Notes: a model not told the origin generated them from the sequence alone. A stretch of 64,000 bases of DNA from an uncultured Gammaproteobacteria bacterium (GCA_937992195.1 CALKKV010000007.1:21581-85580); one strand, 5' to 3'. Counted from the stretch's first letter, positions 1 to 11,655 are shown. Program-made: numbers and translations.

Positions 1-921
1 TTTCTTTCAAGGGTAACTCCAGAACTTGGCATCATTATGGAGACGGAACTATGGCCGAACTTGATTCAAGGTTGCCATAACCAGGGTGTGCCGATGATCT
101 ATGCCAACGTTAGACTGTCAGAGCGTTCCTTTAAAGGGTACTGGCGCGTTCGTTGGCTATTCATTCCTCTGCTTGCAAAAGTACATCGGTTTGCGGTTCA
201 GGCGGGAGCTGATGCCGAACGTTTGATGCAGCTTGGAGCACCAAAGGAGGCAGTTGAGATTACCGGTAGCTTAAAATTTGATATCAATATGCCGGCAAGC
301 GTTATCGAGGCTGGACAATCAATTCGACGACAAATAGGAGGGCATAGACAAGTTATTGTCGCCGCTAGTACCCATGAAGGAGAAGAGCTTGCACTATTAG
401 AAATGTATCAACGTCTCAAAACGTCTGTCGATAACCTTCTCCTTATTTTAGTGCCTCGACACCCTGAACGTTTTGATGGCGTTTATCGATTGTGTCAAAA
501 AAAGTCTGTAACAGTAATTAGGCAGTCGCAAAATAGTAGCTCTGTTGCGACCGAAACAGAAGTGGTTCTTGTCGACTCAATGGGACTATTGCCACAGTAT
601 TTGTACGCCTCAGATGTGACGTTTATGGGTGGGAGTCTGGTGCCTACAGGAGGACATAATTTGCTCGAGCCGGCGGCGTTGGGAAGGGTGGTTGTATTTG
701 GTCCTTATATGTTTAATTTTGCAGAAATCGCCGGGTTATTTGTTGAGCTGGAAGCAGGGCTGCAGGTTAGCGATGCCAGCGAGCTCGACGATGTGATGAT
801 TAAACTGTTAGATGACTCGGCACTGCGCAATCGGTATGCCGGAGCCAGTGAGAAATTAATCAGAAATAATCGCGGCGCTCTTGACAAGGTTATTAGAATA
901 ATAGAATCATCTGTAACCTAG
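1..921 (+). CDS. waaA: 3-deoxy-D-manno-octulosonic acid (Kdo) transferase, C-terminal part; 5' end lies outside the window
   Basis: Frame 1 is open from nt 1 (FLSRVTPELGII precedes the first Met at 37). IIMETELWPNLI, ANVRLSERS, GSLKFD, LVPRHPERF and GGSLVPTGGHNLLEP match my recollection of E. coli WaaA/KdtA almost block for block. Confidence 0.9.
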   Translation, partial: FLSRVTPELGIIMETELWPNLIQGCHNQGVPMIYANVRLSERSFKGYWRVRWLFIPLLAKVHRFAVQAGADAERLMQLGAPKEAVEITGSLKFDINMPASVIEAGQSIRRQIGGHRQVIVAASTHEGEELALLEMYQRLKTSVDNLLLILVPRHPERFDGVYRLCQKKSVTVIRQSQNSSSVATETEVVLVDSMGLLPQYLYASDVTFMGGSLVPTGGHNLLEPAALGRVVVFGPYMFNFAEIAGLFVELEAGLQVSDASELDDVMIKLLDDSALRNRYAGASEKLIRNNRGALDKVIRIIESSVT

Positions 922-979
922 AAATAAAAAAAAGACCTACCCAGAATTGTCTAGCGCTAACGAAAACTAGGTGTTTCCT

Positions 980-3628
980 CTAGACGAGTGCCCGGTTAAC
1001 GATTTCGGAAACATTGTTTGAAAGAGGCTGTTTCTCCTGAACAGCAATGAGTGCAGCGCGCATACGATCACCAATTTCCGGGATCATGTCCTGCCATTGA
1101 TTAAAGCCGGATGCGAGCCGTGCGGCAATTTGTGGATTGATTGAATCCAGCTTCAATATCCAATTTGCCAAAAACTGATACCCGTCCCCGTTTTTTTGGT
1201 GAAAGGCAATAGGGTTTCCATGCGTAGCGCCAAGAATTAGCGCGTAAACTTTGTTTGGGTTTGAAGGGTCGAATGCATTATGTGACGTCAATGCTTTAAC
1301 TTGATCGAGTGTATCCGGCATTCTTGACGTCGCCTGAATTCGTAGCCACTTATCCAACACGAGCGGATGCTCTTTCCATTCTTCATAGAAGGCGGCGATT
1401 AATTCTCCGCGATTTGCACTGGAAGAATTAACAATACATTGAAAGGCCGCAGCACGATCGGTCATGTTTTTTGCTGTAGACAGCTGCTGCTCTGCGAGCA
1501 GGTGAGTCTCGTTAGTATCTAACGTGCAGATCAAAGATAACAGAACATCTCTTAAGTCTCGAATGCCCATTTGAACACCGCTAATACTGCCATCATTGAT
1601 TGCTGATAGTGATTTATACAGAACCATGATCGATTGATAGTGATCGCTGGCGATTTTTTCGGAAAGCTCATGATGTGCTGTTGCTATGGCGTGGGGGTCT
1701 ATCGGTTTAGATTGTTGTGCTATCCAGGACTGCCCGGGAAGGGTGAGTAACTTAGCGGTCAACGCATAGTCAAGTTCGGCAGTGTCTTCGGCTTGGAGAT
1801 GAAGGATAGTTTTATCAATAATTGATCCGACTGTGTCGATTAAAGATCTGTCATATTGACATGGTTTACTATTTTGTAGGCGTTTAACGTTGCCCAGAAT
1901 GGCTTGTTGTAGAAGTTGCTGTCCCGCTTCCCAGCGGTTAAACGGATCATCGTCATATAAGAAAAGAGTCTTTAGGCCATCATTGTCTAAATTTTGTTTG
2001 AGAATAACGGGACTGGTAAATTCTCGGAGGACTGAAGGGACTGGCTCAATGTCAATATCGTTAATCACCAGCTGCTCCGTTTGTTCTTTCAATTGAAAGA
2101 TTATTTCAGTGCTTTTGTTTTCAAGCTCGAGCTTTTCCCCTGTTTGATCAAAGAGAGCGATCTTTATGGGAATATGAAAAGGCTCTTTCTCTTCGCCGTC
2201 CGGCGTTTGCGGGCAACTTTGGGTGAGCGCTATCTTGAAGCTTTTTGTTGCGGCATCATATTGATATTCGACGTTTACTCGAGGTGTTCCTGCCTGACTA
2301 TACCAATTTTGAAACTGATCCATATTTTCACCGCTCGCATCACTTATGGCTTTAACAAACTCGTCCGTCGTCACCGCTTGACCATCATGGCGATCAAAAT
2401 ATAGATCTGTACCCTGACGAAACGGTTTAGCGCCAACCAGAGTGCGCAGCATTCTGACTACCTCTGCACCTTTTTCGTATATTGTTACAGTATAAAAATT
2501 ATTGATTTCTTGATAATAGGCTGGTCTGACCGGATGCGCCATTGGACCAGAGTCCTCAGGAAACTGATGGTTTCTCAGCACGTTAACATCGCCAATTCTT
2601 TGTACCCCGCGAGAGTGCATATCGGCGCTAAACTCCTGATCACGAAAAACTGTGAATCCTTCCTTCAGGCTCAGCTGAAACCAGTCCCTGCAAGTAACAC
2701 GGTTGCCGGACCAGTTATGAAAGTATTCATGGGCCACAACTCGCTCAACATTCATAAAATCGGTATCAGTTGCCTGGTTTGGGTCCGCCAGTACGTATTT
2801 CGTGTTGAAGATATTCAGGCTCTTATTTTCCATTGCCCCCATATTAAAATCTCCAACCGCAACGATATTGAATAGATCGAGGTCGTATTCGCGGCCGTAT
2901 ACTTCTTCGTCCCATTTCATTGAGCGCTTAAGTGCGCCCATAGCAAATTCACATTTCTCAATATCTTCATCCCTTGCATAGAACCGGAGGCTAACCTCTC
3001 TGCCGCTTTGCGTCGCGAACGTATCGCGCATTTCGGAAAGTACGCCGGCAACAATGGCAAATAAATAGGTAGGTTTGGGAAATGGATCATGCCAGACGAC
3101 AGTCTGGTGGTTTCCTGAGTTTTCGGACTTTTCCAAATTGCCATTGCTTAACATGATTGGAAAGCGCTCACGATCCCCTTGCAATTTCACTCGGTAAGTT
3201 GCCAAGTTATCCGGGCGATCAATCGAAGGAGTAATACGTCTAAATCCTTCCGCCTCACACTGCGTACACAGCATGTCTGTGGATTTATACAAACCACTGA
3301 GTTCAGTATTTTTGTCTGGATGGATGATGTTTACAATACGTAACTTGCAGGATTGCGGCACTGAGGAAATTACTAGGTTTTTTTCTGATTGAAAATAACG
3401 TGTTGCGTCAAGCTTCTGCTCGTTAATCTCTATTGAGATGATTTCCATATTTTCGCAGTCGAGTTCTAACGGAGTTTCATTAGCAATACCTTCTCGACGA
3501 TCTATTTGATGCGTGGTGGTTACCTCAGTTCGCCCCGGATCTAAAACAAAGCCGATATCACTGTGGGATATTCGGTACGGATGCGGTTGATAGTCTTTTA
3601 AATAGATGACGTCTTGTTCTGTTTTCAT
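980..3628 (-). CDS. pepN: aminopeptidase N (M1 family zinc metallopeptidase)
   Basis: 882 aa. GAMEN exopeptidase motif (FNMGAMENKSLN). HEYFHNWSGNRVTCRDWFQLSLKEG is the HExxH-x18-E zinc site. Length and C-terminal ERAP-like domain are typical of PepN. Confidence 0.95.
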   Translation of the reverse strand: MKTEQDVIYLKDYQPHPYRISHSDIGFVLDPGRTEVTTTHQIDRREGIANETPLELDCENMEIISIEINEQKLDATRYFQSEKNLVISSVPQSCKLRIVNIIHPDKNTELSGLYKSTDMLCTQCEAEGFRRITPSIDRPDNLATYRVKLQGDRERFPIMLSNGNLEKSENSGNHQTVVWHDPFPKPTYLFAIVAGVLSEMRDTFATQSGREVSLRFYARDEDIEKCEFAMGALKRSMKWDEEVYGREYDLDLFNIVAVGDFNMGAMENKSLNIFNTKYVLADPNQATDTDFMNVERVVAHEYFHNWSGNRVTCRDWFQLSLKEGFTVFRDQEFSADMHSRGVQRIGDVNVLRNHQFPEDSGPMAHPVRPAYYQEINNFYTVTIYEKGAEVVRMLRTLVGAKPFRQGTDLYFDRHDGQAVTTDEFVKAISDASGENMDQFQNWYSQAGTPRVNVEYQYDAATKSFKIALTQSCPQTPDGEEKEPFHIPIKIALFDQTGEKLELENKSTEIIFQLKEQTEQLVINDIDIEPVPSVLREFTSPVILKQNLDNDGLKTLFLYDDDPFNRWEAGQQLLQQAILGNVKRLQNSKPCQYDRSLIDTVGSIIDKTILHLQAEDTAELDYALTAKLLTLPGQSWIAQQSKPIDPHAIATAHHELSEKIASDHYQSIMVLYKSLSAINDGSISGVQMGIRDLRDVLLSLICTLDTNETHLLAEQQLSTAKNMTDRAAAFQCIVNSSSANRGELIAAFYEEWKEHPLVLDKWLRIQATSRMPDTLDQVKALTSHNAFDPSNPNKVYALILGATHGNPIAFHQKNGDGYQFLANWILKLDSINPQIAARLASGFNQWQDMIPEIGDRMRAALIAVQEKQPLSNNVSEIVNRALV

Positions 3629-3735
3629 GTTGCTGTTTTGTAGGACGGGTTAATCCAAGATTGCCACGGCTATATGTGGTACGCAATGGTCATTACTGCG
3701 AGATCCAGTAAAATTGATCCGATATAAATCAAGTA

Positions 3736-4137
3736 ATGCGGATAATGCACATTCAATCGATTGATCACCTTGTTTTGACCGTGAATAATATTTCCGATAC
3801 CGTCGATTTTTATACCGAAGTTTTGGGTATGACAGTTGAAAAATTCTCTTCTGACAGAGTGATGAGAACTGCGCTTCGCTTTGGAAGTCAGAAGATCAAT
3901 TTACACCAGACAACAGATCAATTTTTGCCTCGAGCATACCATCCGGTAGCTGGCTCAGGTGATCTATGTTTTCTGACGGATGTCGACATCCAACAGGTAA
4001 TGCAGCACTTAGAGCAGCGCAACGTCGAGGTTCTGGAAGGTCCGGTCGAACGAACAGGAGCAGTAGGAAAGCTGATTTCTGTCTATATCCGAGATCCGGA
4101 TCAAAACCTTATTGAAATCTCAAATCAAATAGACTGA
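3736..4137 (+). CDS. VOC/glyoxalase-bleomycin resistance family protein
   Basis: 133 aa. IDHLVLTVNNISDTVDFYTEVLGM and IRDPDQNLIE are typical beta-alpha-beta-beta-beta VOC modules. An alternative ATG at 3745 is possible. Confidence 0.75.
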   Translation: MRIMHIQSIDHLVLTVNNISDTVDFYTEVLGMTVEKFSSDRVMRTALRFGSQKINLHQTTDQFLPRAYHPVAGSGDLCFLTDVDIQQVMQHLEQRNVEVLEGPVERTGAVGKLISVYIRDPDQNLIEISNQID

Positions 4138-4166
4138 GTTTATTCTACGGACACGAACCGCAAGTT

Positions 4167-4490
4167 CTAACGTTCCAGATATTTAAGCTTGTCTTTAACT
4201 GCTGCCCATTCTTCCGCATCTTCTGGCGCAGGCTTCATTTCTGTAATTACCGGCCACTTCTGGCTAAGCTCAGTATTGAGTTCAAGAAAATGCTGCTGAT
4301 CCTCAGGTAGCTCATCTTCAGCGAAAATAGCATCCACCGGGCACTCCGGCTCGCACAGACTGCAGTCAATACATTCTTCGGGGTCTATAACTAAAAAGTT
4401 GGGACCTTCATGGAAGCAGTCGACAGGGCACACTTCAACACAATCGGTGTGTTTACATTTAATACAGGATTCAACAACAACGTAAGTCAT
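4167..4490 (-). CDS. fdxA: 7Fe ferredoxin ([3Fe-4S][4Fe-4S], Azotobacter FdI type)
   Basis: 107 aa. [18 protein letters not shown] and [16 protein letters not shown] cysteine clusters. Located next to mutS as in pseudomonads. Confidence 0.92.
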   Translation of the reverse strand: MTYVVVESCIKCKHTDCVEVCPVDCFHEGPNFLVIDPEECIDCSLCEPECPVDAIFAEDELPEDQQHFLELNTELSQKWPVITEMKPAPEDAEEWAAVKDKLKYLER

Positions 4491-4526
4491 GAGCGCTTGG
4501 TAGCATAAAAGGGTTTCAGGATTATA

Positions 4527-7130
4527 CTATCTTCGAAACTTTTTCCCCAGCATCTTGTTAAGGTCGAACAGCAGATCAAGAGCTTGCCTCGGTGTAATGT
4601 CATTGGGCGATGTGCTTTTGAGTCGAGCGATTACTGCCTGCTCCTCGGGCCGGCTTTCGGGGAAAAGACTAGATTGTGGGGTGGGTTTTTTTTCTAACTC
4701 CTTACCCGCAACGACATAATGATCCTCAAGAGAAAGAAGTTTTTGTTGGGATTCGTTTATTACCGATTCAGGGACACCTGCCAATCGGGCTACCTGTAAG
4801 CCATAACTTTGACTCGCTGGCCCTTGTTTAACACTGTAGAGAAAAACAATTCGATCTCCGTGTTCGACCGCGTCTAAATGCACGTTTGAGACGCCTTTCA
4901 GTTGATCGGCTAATGCAGTTAATTCAAAATAGTGAGTTGAGAACAGGGTGTATGCGCCGATTCGTTTCGCCAGATCAACGGCGCATGCCCACGCCAGAGA
5001 CAGGCCATCGAATGTGCTGGTGCCTCGACCAATTTCATCAACTAGCACCAGGCTTTGCTCTGTAGCGTTCCTCAGAATTTGTGCCATCTCAGTCATTTCC
5101 ACCATAAAAGTAGATCTGCCACCAGCGAGGTCATCAGCAGCCCCAATCCGGGTGAATATTCTATCCACGAGCCCAATCGATGCATTCTTTGCGGGTACGA
5201 AGCTGCCGCTATGCGCTAGCAAAACAATTACCGCGACCTGTCTCATATAAGTGCTTTTACCGCCCATATTCGGTCCGGTAATCATTTGCATTCGGGTTTG
5301 TCCGCCTAACTTTGTGGAATTCGCGATGAATCCGCTTTCGAGAATCGATTCAACGACCGGATGCCGTCCTTCCTCTATGTGTAAAGTTTGCTGATCGGTC
5401 AGCTCCGGGCGATTCCATCTTAACGTGATGGCACGCTCCGACAAGTTTTGCAGGGCGTCAATGGTCGCAAGGCAGCGCGCTCTCTCCATAAGAAGCGAAA
5501 GAGACTCGTTAAGCTTTTCTAAGAGCTGGTCATAAAGCCATTTTTCGCGGGCGAGGGCTTTTCCTTTGGCGCTCAGTATTTGATCTTCAAACTCTTTTAG
5601 TTCTTCAGTAATAAATCGCTCAGCGTTTTTAACTGTTTGTCTACGGATGTAATGGGCAGGCACAGACTCTGACTGCGATCTTGGCATTTCAATAAAGTAG
5701 CCGTGTACCTTGTTGAATTTAACTCTTAAATTTGTAACCCCAGTTTCCCGCTTTTCTTTTTCTTCGAGTGCCAGTAAAAACTCACTGGAATCTCTTTGTA
5801 AGTGCCGCAGCTTGCCTAGCTCTTCGTCGTATTGGTCACGGAGAACGCCGCCATCACGAATCACGCTCGGTGGCTCGTCGAGCACAGCATCGGTTAAGAG
5901 CGAATGTATTTCAGGAAGAGGTTCAAGCCCCGGACGCAGTTGTTCAACCAGTTTTGATGATGTTTGATTTAATAAGGCAGATAATGCAGGTAGAGCAGAC
6001 AAACCAGCACGTAATCTTACTAAGTCTCTGGGGCGCGCACTTTTCATCGCTACCCGAGCCAGAATACGCTCCATATCCCCGACCAAACGCAATGGCTCAG
6101 GAAAATCACTGAAGCGTTGATTGTCTATTAACCAGTCGATAGCATCGTGTCTTCCTCGAAGTAACTCATGGTTACGGGTTGGGCTTGTCAGCCAGCGCCG
6201 AATCATGCGCGCTCCCATCGGCGTTGCACACTGATCAATTAATCCAATCAGGGTATGTACCCCTGACTTGTTCCTCGGTTGTAAAGCGTTATAGGGATGC
6301 TCAATTTCCAGATTTGCACGGGTTACAGGATCCAGAACAAGAAGATCTTCGTCACGTTGAAATCGAATACCCGAAAGATGCGGCGCCGACATACCGTGTA
6401 AATCTTTGATGTACTGGATCAGGGCGCCGCCGGCCCTTGTGGCAAGTGGAAACTGGTCGCATTCAAATGCACTGAGGTCTTTAGTTGAAAACTGTTCGCT
6501 CAAGCAGGTATTGGCGCGTGCAGGATCAAAATACCAGTCCGGAATCACGTTAGAACCTTCCAGTGCAGACAGTTGTATCTGCTCCATTTGATGTTCTCCA
6601 ACCAGTATCTCAGCTGCACCAATTCGCGCTAGTTCTGCACTTAGCTGGTCGAGAGAAGATAGTTCTAGACCTTCAAATCGTCCGCTGGAAATCTCAAGAG
6701 TCGCGATACCAACCCGTTGGTTGTGTATCAATACAGCTGCTGAGAGATTTTGTTGTCGATCATCAAGCAGGTTTTCTTCGGTCAGTGTGCCGGGCGTGAT
6801 TACTCTAACAACTTTACGTTCCACTGGGCCTTTGGAAGTAGCTGGGTCTCCAATTTGCTCACAAATTGCGACCGGTAAATTCGCCCTGACTATCTTGGCG
6901 AGGTATTGATCGGCGCTATGAAAAGGTATGCCGGCCATAGGAATGGGGGAGCCTGCAGATTTCCCCCTTGCTGTCAGAGTGATATCCAATATTTTAGAAG
7001 CACGTTCAGCATCTTCGTAGAACAGCTCGTAAAAATCGCCCATGCGGTAGAAAATCATAGTATCCGGGTAGTCTGCTTTGATCGCCAAATACTGGCGCAT
7101 CATCGGGGTATGATTTTCGGTTTGACTCAT
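4527..7130 (-). CDS. mutS: DNA mismatch repair protein MutS
   Basis: 867 aa. N-terminal [31 protein letters not shown], Walker [26 protein letters not shown]. Confidence 0.97.
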   Translation of the reverse strand: MSQTENHTPMMRQYLAIKADYPDTMIFYRMGDFYELFYEDAERASKILDITLTARGKSAGSPIPMAGIPFHSADQYLAKIVRANLPVAICEQIGDPATSKGPVERKVVRVITPGTLTEENLLDDRQQNLSAAVLIHNQRVGIATLEISSGRFEGLELSSLDQLSAELARIGAAEILVGEHQMEQIQLSALEGSNVIPDWYFDPARANTCLSEQFSTKDLSAFECDQFPLATRAGGALIQYIKDLHGMSAPHLSGIRFQRDEDLLVLDPVTRANLEIEHPYNALQPRNKSGVHTLIGLIDQCATPMGARMIRRWLTSPTRNHELLRGRHDAIDWLIDNQRFSDFPEPLRLVGDMERILARVAMKSARPRDLVRLRAGLSALPALSALLNQTSSKLVEQLRPGLEPLPEIHSLLTDAVLDEPPSVIRDGGVLRDQYDEELGKLRHLQRDSSEFLLALEEKEKRETGVTNLRVKFNKVHGYFIEMPRSQSESVPAHYIRRQTVKNAERFITEELKEFEDQILSAKGKALAREKWLYDQLLEKLNESLSLLMERARCLATIDALQNLSERAITLRWNRPELTDQQTLHIEEGRHPVVESILESGFIANSTKLGGQTRMQMITGPNMGGKSTYMRQVAVIVLLAHSGSFVPAKNASIGLVDRIFTRIGAADDLAGGRSTFMVEMTEMAQILRNATEQSLVLVDEIGRGTSTFDGLSLAWACAVDLAKRIGAYTLFSTHYFELTALADQLKGVSNVHLDAVEHGDRIVFLYSVKQGPASQSYGLQVARLAGVPESVINESQQKLLSLEDHYVVAGKELEKKPTPQSSLFPESRPEEQAVIARLKSTSPNDITPRQALDLLFDLNKMLGKKFRR

Positions 7131-7182
7131 CGCTTCTATACAATTGGCCGCACTAGATCATCAAAGTGATGCCACGTTTGAA

Positions 7183-7977
7183 TTATTTCTCATTTCGGCT
7201 TTTAACAATGGACATTAATTCATTAAACATTGGCTGGTTCGCAGCGACAATGTCTCCGGAGTCGAGAAAGTTTTGTTCACCCTGATAGTCTGCGGATAAT
7301 CCGCCTGCTTCTCGGACCAACAGGCTGCCAGCGGCAATATCCCATGCTTTCAGTCCGCTTTCCCAATAACCGTCCAGTCGACCGCAGGCGACATATGCCA
7401 GATCGAGGGCAGCAGATCCGCTCACTTTGATATCGCTTACTTTTGGCAGCACCGCGCGCAGTATTCTCATGCTGGGGTCCAGTTTGGTCAGATCGCGCAA
7501 TGGAAAGCCAGATGCCACCAGGGCTTCGTCCAAACTGGATTTTCCACTGGTACGCATTCTCCGGCCGTTAAGTTGTGCTCCTTTTGACCTTGTTGCGGTA
7601 AATAGCTCGTCTCGCAGAGGGTCAAATATTATTGCGTGATGTACAACACCTTTTTTACGTACCCCTAATGAAACACAAAAGTGCGGATGACCATGAAGGA
7701 AATTGGTGGTGCCATCCAATGGGTCAATCACCCATTCAAATTCTTCTTCGGTCTCTCCATTTGTTGAGCCACTCTCTTCAGCGAGGATGCCGTGACCTGG
7801 ATAGGCATGATGGATTGTGTCGATGATGTCCTGTTCGGCCATCCGGTCGATTTCACTGACAAAGTCACGGCGCCCCTTTTTTTCTACTGAGACTTGTTCA
7901 AGCCGATCAAGGTAACGAACTATAAACTGGCCGGCACGGCGAGCCGCTTTAATGCCAATATTTACGATAGGGTCCAT
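7183..7977 (-). CDS. suhB: inositol monophosphatase family protein (SuhB)
   Basis: 264 aa. WVIDPLDGTTNF, ILAEESG and KAWDIAAG motifs of the IMPase fold. Divergent from trmJ, as in E. coli. Confidence 0.9.
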   Translation of the reverse strand: MDPIVNIGIKAARRAGQFIVRYLDRLEQVSVEKKGRRDFVSEIDRMAEQDIIDTIHHAYPGHGILAEESGSTNGETEEEFEWVIDPLDGTTNFLHGHPHFCVSLGVRKKGVVHHAIIFDPLRDELFTATRSKGAQLNGRRMRTSGKSSLDEALVASGFPLRDLTKLDPSMRILRAVLPKVSDIKVSGSAALDLAYVACGRLDGYWESGLKAWDIAAGSLLVREAGGLSADYQGEQNFLDSGDIVAANQPMFNELMSIVKSRNEK

Positions 7978-8094
7978 GGAGAGTGCGCGACGGGTAGGTG
8001 TAAGTAGCAGATATAACGATTAGCCGACTAAATTGCAGCCAAGATGAGTCAATCATCATTTCTTTTACTACGGGGTTATTGCAAAATCGGGTTG

Positions 8095-8829
8095 ATGAGC
8101 AAGCTGGATTATATCCGAGTCGTCCTGATTCAACCTAGTCACCCTGGAAATATTGGTGCAACCGCTCGTGCGATGGGTAATATGGGAATATCAAATCTTA
8201 TTTTGGTGAATCCGGCAGATTTTCCCAGTCCGATTGCGAATGCGCGAGCAGCTGGTGCGGATCGGATTTTAGAGAATGCAAAGGTGGTTGGCAGCCTAGA
8301 TGAAGCAATTGCAGATTGTGAACTCGTTATTGGGACGACAGCGCGATCGCGCTCAATTCAATGGCCGGAGGTTTCTCCATCAGGTGCTGCGGAGCGGGTT
8401 ATCGCCTCTGTATCGCGCCATACTGCGTTTCTTTTTGGTCGGGAAAGCAGTGGAATGACCAATGAAGAGCTGGAGCGCTGCCAGTTTCTAATCCGAATAC
8501 CAGTGGACGAAGCGTTTTCTTCATTGAATCTAGGATCTGCGGTAACGGTTATCTTGTATGAAATACGTAAACAGTTTCTTGAGGTTGAAGAGATCGTAGC
8601 AGTTGCCAAGGGTAAAAGTGACCGCTTAGCAACAGCTGAAGAGTTGAGACACTTTTACGAGCATTTACAGCAGTTTATTGAGAAGGTGGAGTTTAGCGAC
8701 GGTCGGTCAACCAAATTGCAACGCAAGATGGCGAGACTGTTTAATCGTTCAGAGATGAATGCGCAAGAGGTTAGGATGCTGAGAGGACTATTTACCTCGG
8801 TTTCAGACAAGCTCGATGGCAAGTACTGA
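8095..8829 (+). CDS. trmJ: tRNA (cytidine/uridine-2'-O)-methyltransferase TrmJ (SpoU/TrmH family)
   Basis: IRVVLIQPSHPGNIGATARAMGNMG, LFGRESSGMTNEEL and SLNLGSAVTVILYE match SPOUT class motifs and align with E. coli TrmJ from the Met at 8095. The track ORF start at 8044 adds 17 aa with no counterpart. Confidence 0.85.
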   Translation: MSKLDYIRVVLIQPSHPGNIGATARAMGNMGISNLILVNPADFPSPIANARAAGADRILENAKVVGSLDEAIADCELVIGTTARSRSIQWPEVSPSGAAERVIASVSRHTAFLFGRESSGMTNEELERCQFLIRIPVDEAFSSLNLGSAVTVILYEIRKQFLEVEEIVAVAKGKSDRLATAEELRHFYEHLQQFIEKVEFSDGRSTKLQRKMARLFNRSEMNAQEVRMLRGLFTSVSDKLDGKY

Positions 8830-8848
8830 CGATTTTACCTATTGGCTC

Positions 8849-9307
8849 TCAGGTAATGTCCAATTGATAGGTGTTCCACATTGTTTTGTTTGAAAGTTTG
8901 TCGTACAAATTTCTCGCGCGATAGTTATCGTCTGCAGTAATCCAGCGTATTAGTGGCCATCCCTTGAGTCGTGCGTGACTCTCTAGTTTGTCGAATAGTG
9001 CCTGAGCTGCGCCACCACCGCGATACTCAGGATCGACAAAGAGATCATCCAGGAATCCGACCTCAGCGCCGCGCAATGGACTGGGCATCGATCTAATATG
9101 TGCAAAGCCAATTAGATTTTCTTTTTCGTCGAGTGCTACAAAACAATCGATCACATGGTGTTCATCGTGAATCCAGCTCCACAATCTTTCCTTTATCTGA
9201 TCGTCCATATAAACTTTGTAGAAAGCGGCGTACCCATCGTAAAGCTTCGACCAACTTCCGTGATCGTCTTTTTTCACTTTTCTTGTTTGAATTGAAAGCA
9301 TTGTCAT
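8849..9307 (-). CDS. GNAT family N-acetyltransferase
   Basis: 152 aa. The acetyl-CoA site LFVDPEYRGGGAAQALF (Q/RxxGxG/A) is present. Its start abuts the stop of the upstream GNAT gene at 9308. Confidence 0.8.
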   Translation of the reverse strand: MTMLSIQTRKVKKDDHGSWSKLYDGYAAFYKVYMDDQIKERLWSWIHDEHHVIDCFVALDEKENLIGFAHIRSMPSPLRGAEVGFLDDLFVDPEYRGGGAAQALFDKLESHARLKGWPLIRWITADDNYRARNLYDKLSNKTMWNTYQLDIT

Positions 9308-10045
9308 TTATAAAATTAGAGTTCTCCCAGGTAAGGCAATATTTGTTAAATCCGAGAGCGAAGCGATTTGTTGTCCATCGGATTTAAAGTTACCCGGGTC
9401 TAGCCATTGGTTAAAAACTCGGGAAAGCACCGGCCACTCACTATCAATAATCGAAAACCAGCTGGTATCTCTGTTATGACCTTTTACCACGGTTGCCTGT
9501 CGAAACTCGCCTTCGTAAGAAAACCCCAATCGCAAAGCTGCATTTCGAGATCGTTTATTCAGGGAATCGCATTTCCACTCGTATCGACGGTAGCCAAGTG
9601 CAAAAACCGTCTCCATCATTAGATACATCGCTTCGGTTGCGGCAACGGTATTTTGCAGGGCAGGAGAATAATTGATATGGCCGACTTCGATAGATCCACT
9701 CTCTGGCTGCAATCGCAGGTAGCTCGCTACTCCGATAGCGCTATTAGATGCTTCATCCACGATAGCGTAGAACATCGGGTCGCGTTTATCTTCAAATTCT
9801 TTGATCCATTGTAAATACGCTTGTTCGCCTGCAAAAGGCCCATAAGGTAGATAATTCCAGATCAAACCTTCAGCATCAGAGGCGTTTGCCAAATATAAAT
9901 CGGTGCCATGTGCGGAAGCTGAAAGTCTTTCCAAACGGCAGGTTCTTCCTGCCATCAACGTTTTATCCGGAATCGCAGGAGGTATCCAACCTTCAACTGG
10001 AGCGCCAACAGGCAGAGTGTTTCTTCGGTAGCTGGTTGCTGACAT
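9308..10045 (-). CDS. GNAT family N-acetyltransferase (RimJ/RimL-like)
   Basis: 245 aa. GSIEVGHINYSPALQNTVAATEAMYLMM, RYEWKCDSLNKRSRNAALRLGFSYEGEFRQ and KGHNRDTSWFS are typical of the RimJ/L-like Acetyltransf_3 group. Confidence 0.8.
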   Translation of the reverse strand: MSATSYRRNTLPVGAPVEGWIPPAIPDKTLMAGRTCRLERLSASAHGTDLYLANASDAEGLIWNYLPYGPFAGEQAYLQWIKEFEDKRDPMFYAIVDEASNSAIGVASYLRLQPESGSIEVGHINYSPALQNTVAATEAMYLMMETVFALGYRRYEWKCDSLNKRSRNAALRLGFSYEGEFRQATVVKGHNRDTSWFSIIDSEWPVLSRVFNQWLDPGNFKSDGQQIASLSDLTNIALPGRTLIL

Positions 10046-10186
10046 GACTTGGGGTTTTGTCTAGAGGGGAAGAAATAAACCACTATCCCGTCGTGTTGAG
10101 CAAAAGACTTACAACTGCAAGATATAGATTCACTGTCGTGTAATAATACTACTTCATAATATGACACAAAAATAGGAAGAACGACT

Positions 10187-11611
10187 ATGCGAAGACGTCG
10201 TAAAGCGAAAATTGTTGCGACCCTCGGGCCGGCTAGTTCAACGAAAGAAGTGATTCGAGAGTTGTTTGATACCGGGGTAGATGTTTTTCGATTGAATTTT
10301 AGTCACGGCACCCACGAAGAACATGAAGCTCGACATAAAGCGATACGAGATATAGAGAAAGAGACCGGTAGGCCAATTGGGATTTTGATGGATATTCAGG
10401 GGCCAAAATTAAGGCTCGGAAAGTTCAGTCAAAAGAAGGTCTGGCTTGCAGAGGGCAGTCGATATCGTCTCGATATGGATCCGGCTCCCGGTGATGAAAC
10501 GCGTGCTGAATTGCCACATCCTGAAATCTTCGCGGCCCTTGGTGTAGGCAATGAGCTGTTGATTAACGATGGACGAGTAAAATTAAAGGTAATTGAGCAT
10601 CACAAGGAATACGCAATTACCGAAGTTGTTGTTGAAGGCGAAGTGAGCAGTCATAAGGGGGTTAATGTTCCAGACGTCATACTGCCGATATCGGTGATTA
10701 CGGAGAAAGACCGAGAAGATATTACCTATGGCCTCTCTCTTGGGGTCGACTGGGTCGCTCAATCTTTCGTGCAACAGGCGAGTGACGTCGCCGAACTTCG
10801 TAGTCTGGTGGGCGATGATATTTATATTATGGTGAAGCTAGAAAAACCTTCTGCGCTCGACAATCTAGACGACATTTTGGCTTTAAGCGATGGTGCGATG
10901 GTGGCAAGAGGTGATCTTGGCGTTGAGCTGCCTCCAGAACAGGTGCCGGTAGCACAAAAAGAAATTATCCGACGTTGTCGTAAAGTAGGTAAGCCGGTTG
11001 TTATCGCAACCCATATGTTGGATTCCATGGTTAGTGTTCCAGTGCCGACAAGAGCGGAGGCATCCGACGTCGCTACCGCAATTTATGATGGTGCAGATGC
11101 GGTGATGCTGTCTGCAGAATCTGCTGCTGGAAATTATCCAGTGGAATCGGTGCAAATGATGGATAACATTATTCATGCCGTTGAGCAGGATTCGCTTTAC
11201 ATGAATATTTTGGACGCCCAAAGGCCAAGACCCGACAGCACGGTTGCAGATGCAATTTGTAATTCTTTGCAGAGTATTACCGGTATTTTGTCTTCTTCTG
11301 CAACGGTGACTTATACCACTTCGGGTAGTACCAGTTTGCGTGCAGCAAGAGAACGACCGGGCGCGCCGATTTTAAGTATTACTCCTGAGGTGTCTACGGC
11401 GCGTTATTTGGCATTGGCTTGGGGTGTACATGCCGTGGTGCTCGATGTGGCCAATGAAGACGCCGATTTGCTTGGGGTGATAGAGGCAGCAAAAGATATC
11501 GCTGTAGAGCAGGAATTTGCGAGCTCCGGGCAGGCGATTATTGTTGCTGCTGGTATCCCTTTCGGTATCTCTGGTACCACTAATTCGCTCCATGTCGGAA
11601 CGATTGATTAG
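10187..11611 (+). CDS. pyk: pyruvate kinase
   Basis: 474 aa. RRKAKIVATLGPAS, FRLNFSHG, MVARGDLGVELP and ATHMLDSM signature blocks. Confidence 0.95.
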   Translation: MRRRRKAKIVATLGPASSTKEVIRELFDTGVDVFRLNFSHGTHEEHEARHKAIRDIEKETGRPIGILMDIQGPKLRLGKFSQKKVWLAEGSRYRLDMDPAPGDETRAELPHPEIFAALGVGNELLINDGRVKLKVIEHHKEYAITEVVVEGEVSSHKGVNVPDVILPISVITEKDREDITYGLSLGVDWVAQSFVQQASDVAELRSLVGDDIYIMVKLEKPSALDNLDDILALSDGAMVARGDLGVELPPEQVPVAQKEIIRRCRKVGKPVVIATHMLDSMVSVPVPTRAEASDVATAIYDGADAVMLSAESAAGNYPVESVQMMDNIIHAVEQDSLYMNILDAQRPRPDSTVADAICNSLQSITGILSSSATVTYTTSGSTSLRAARERPGAPILSITPEVSTARYLALAWGVHAVVLDVANEDADLLGVIEAAKDIAVEQEFASSGQAIIVAAGIPFGISGTTNSLHVGTID

Positions 11612-11655
11612 TTATAGGGTGCTGTTGTTTAAAATAGATTTTTTGGAGAGAAGTT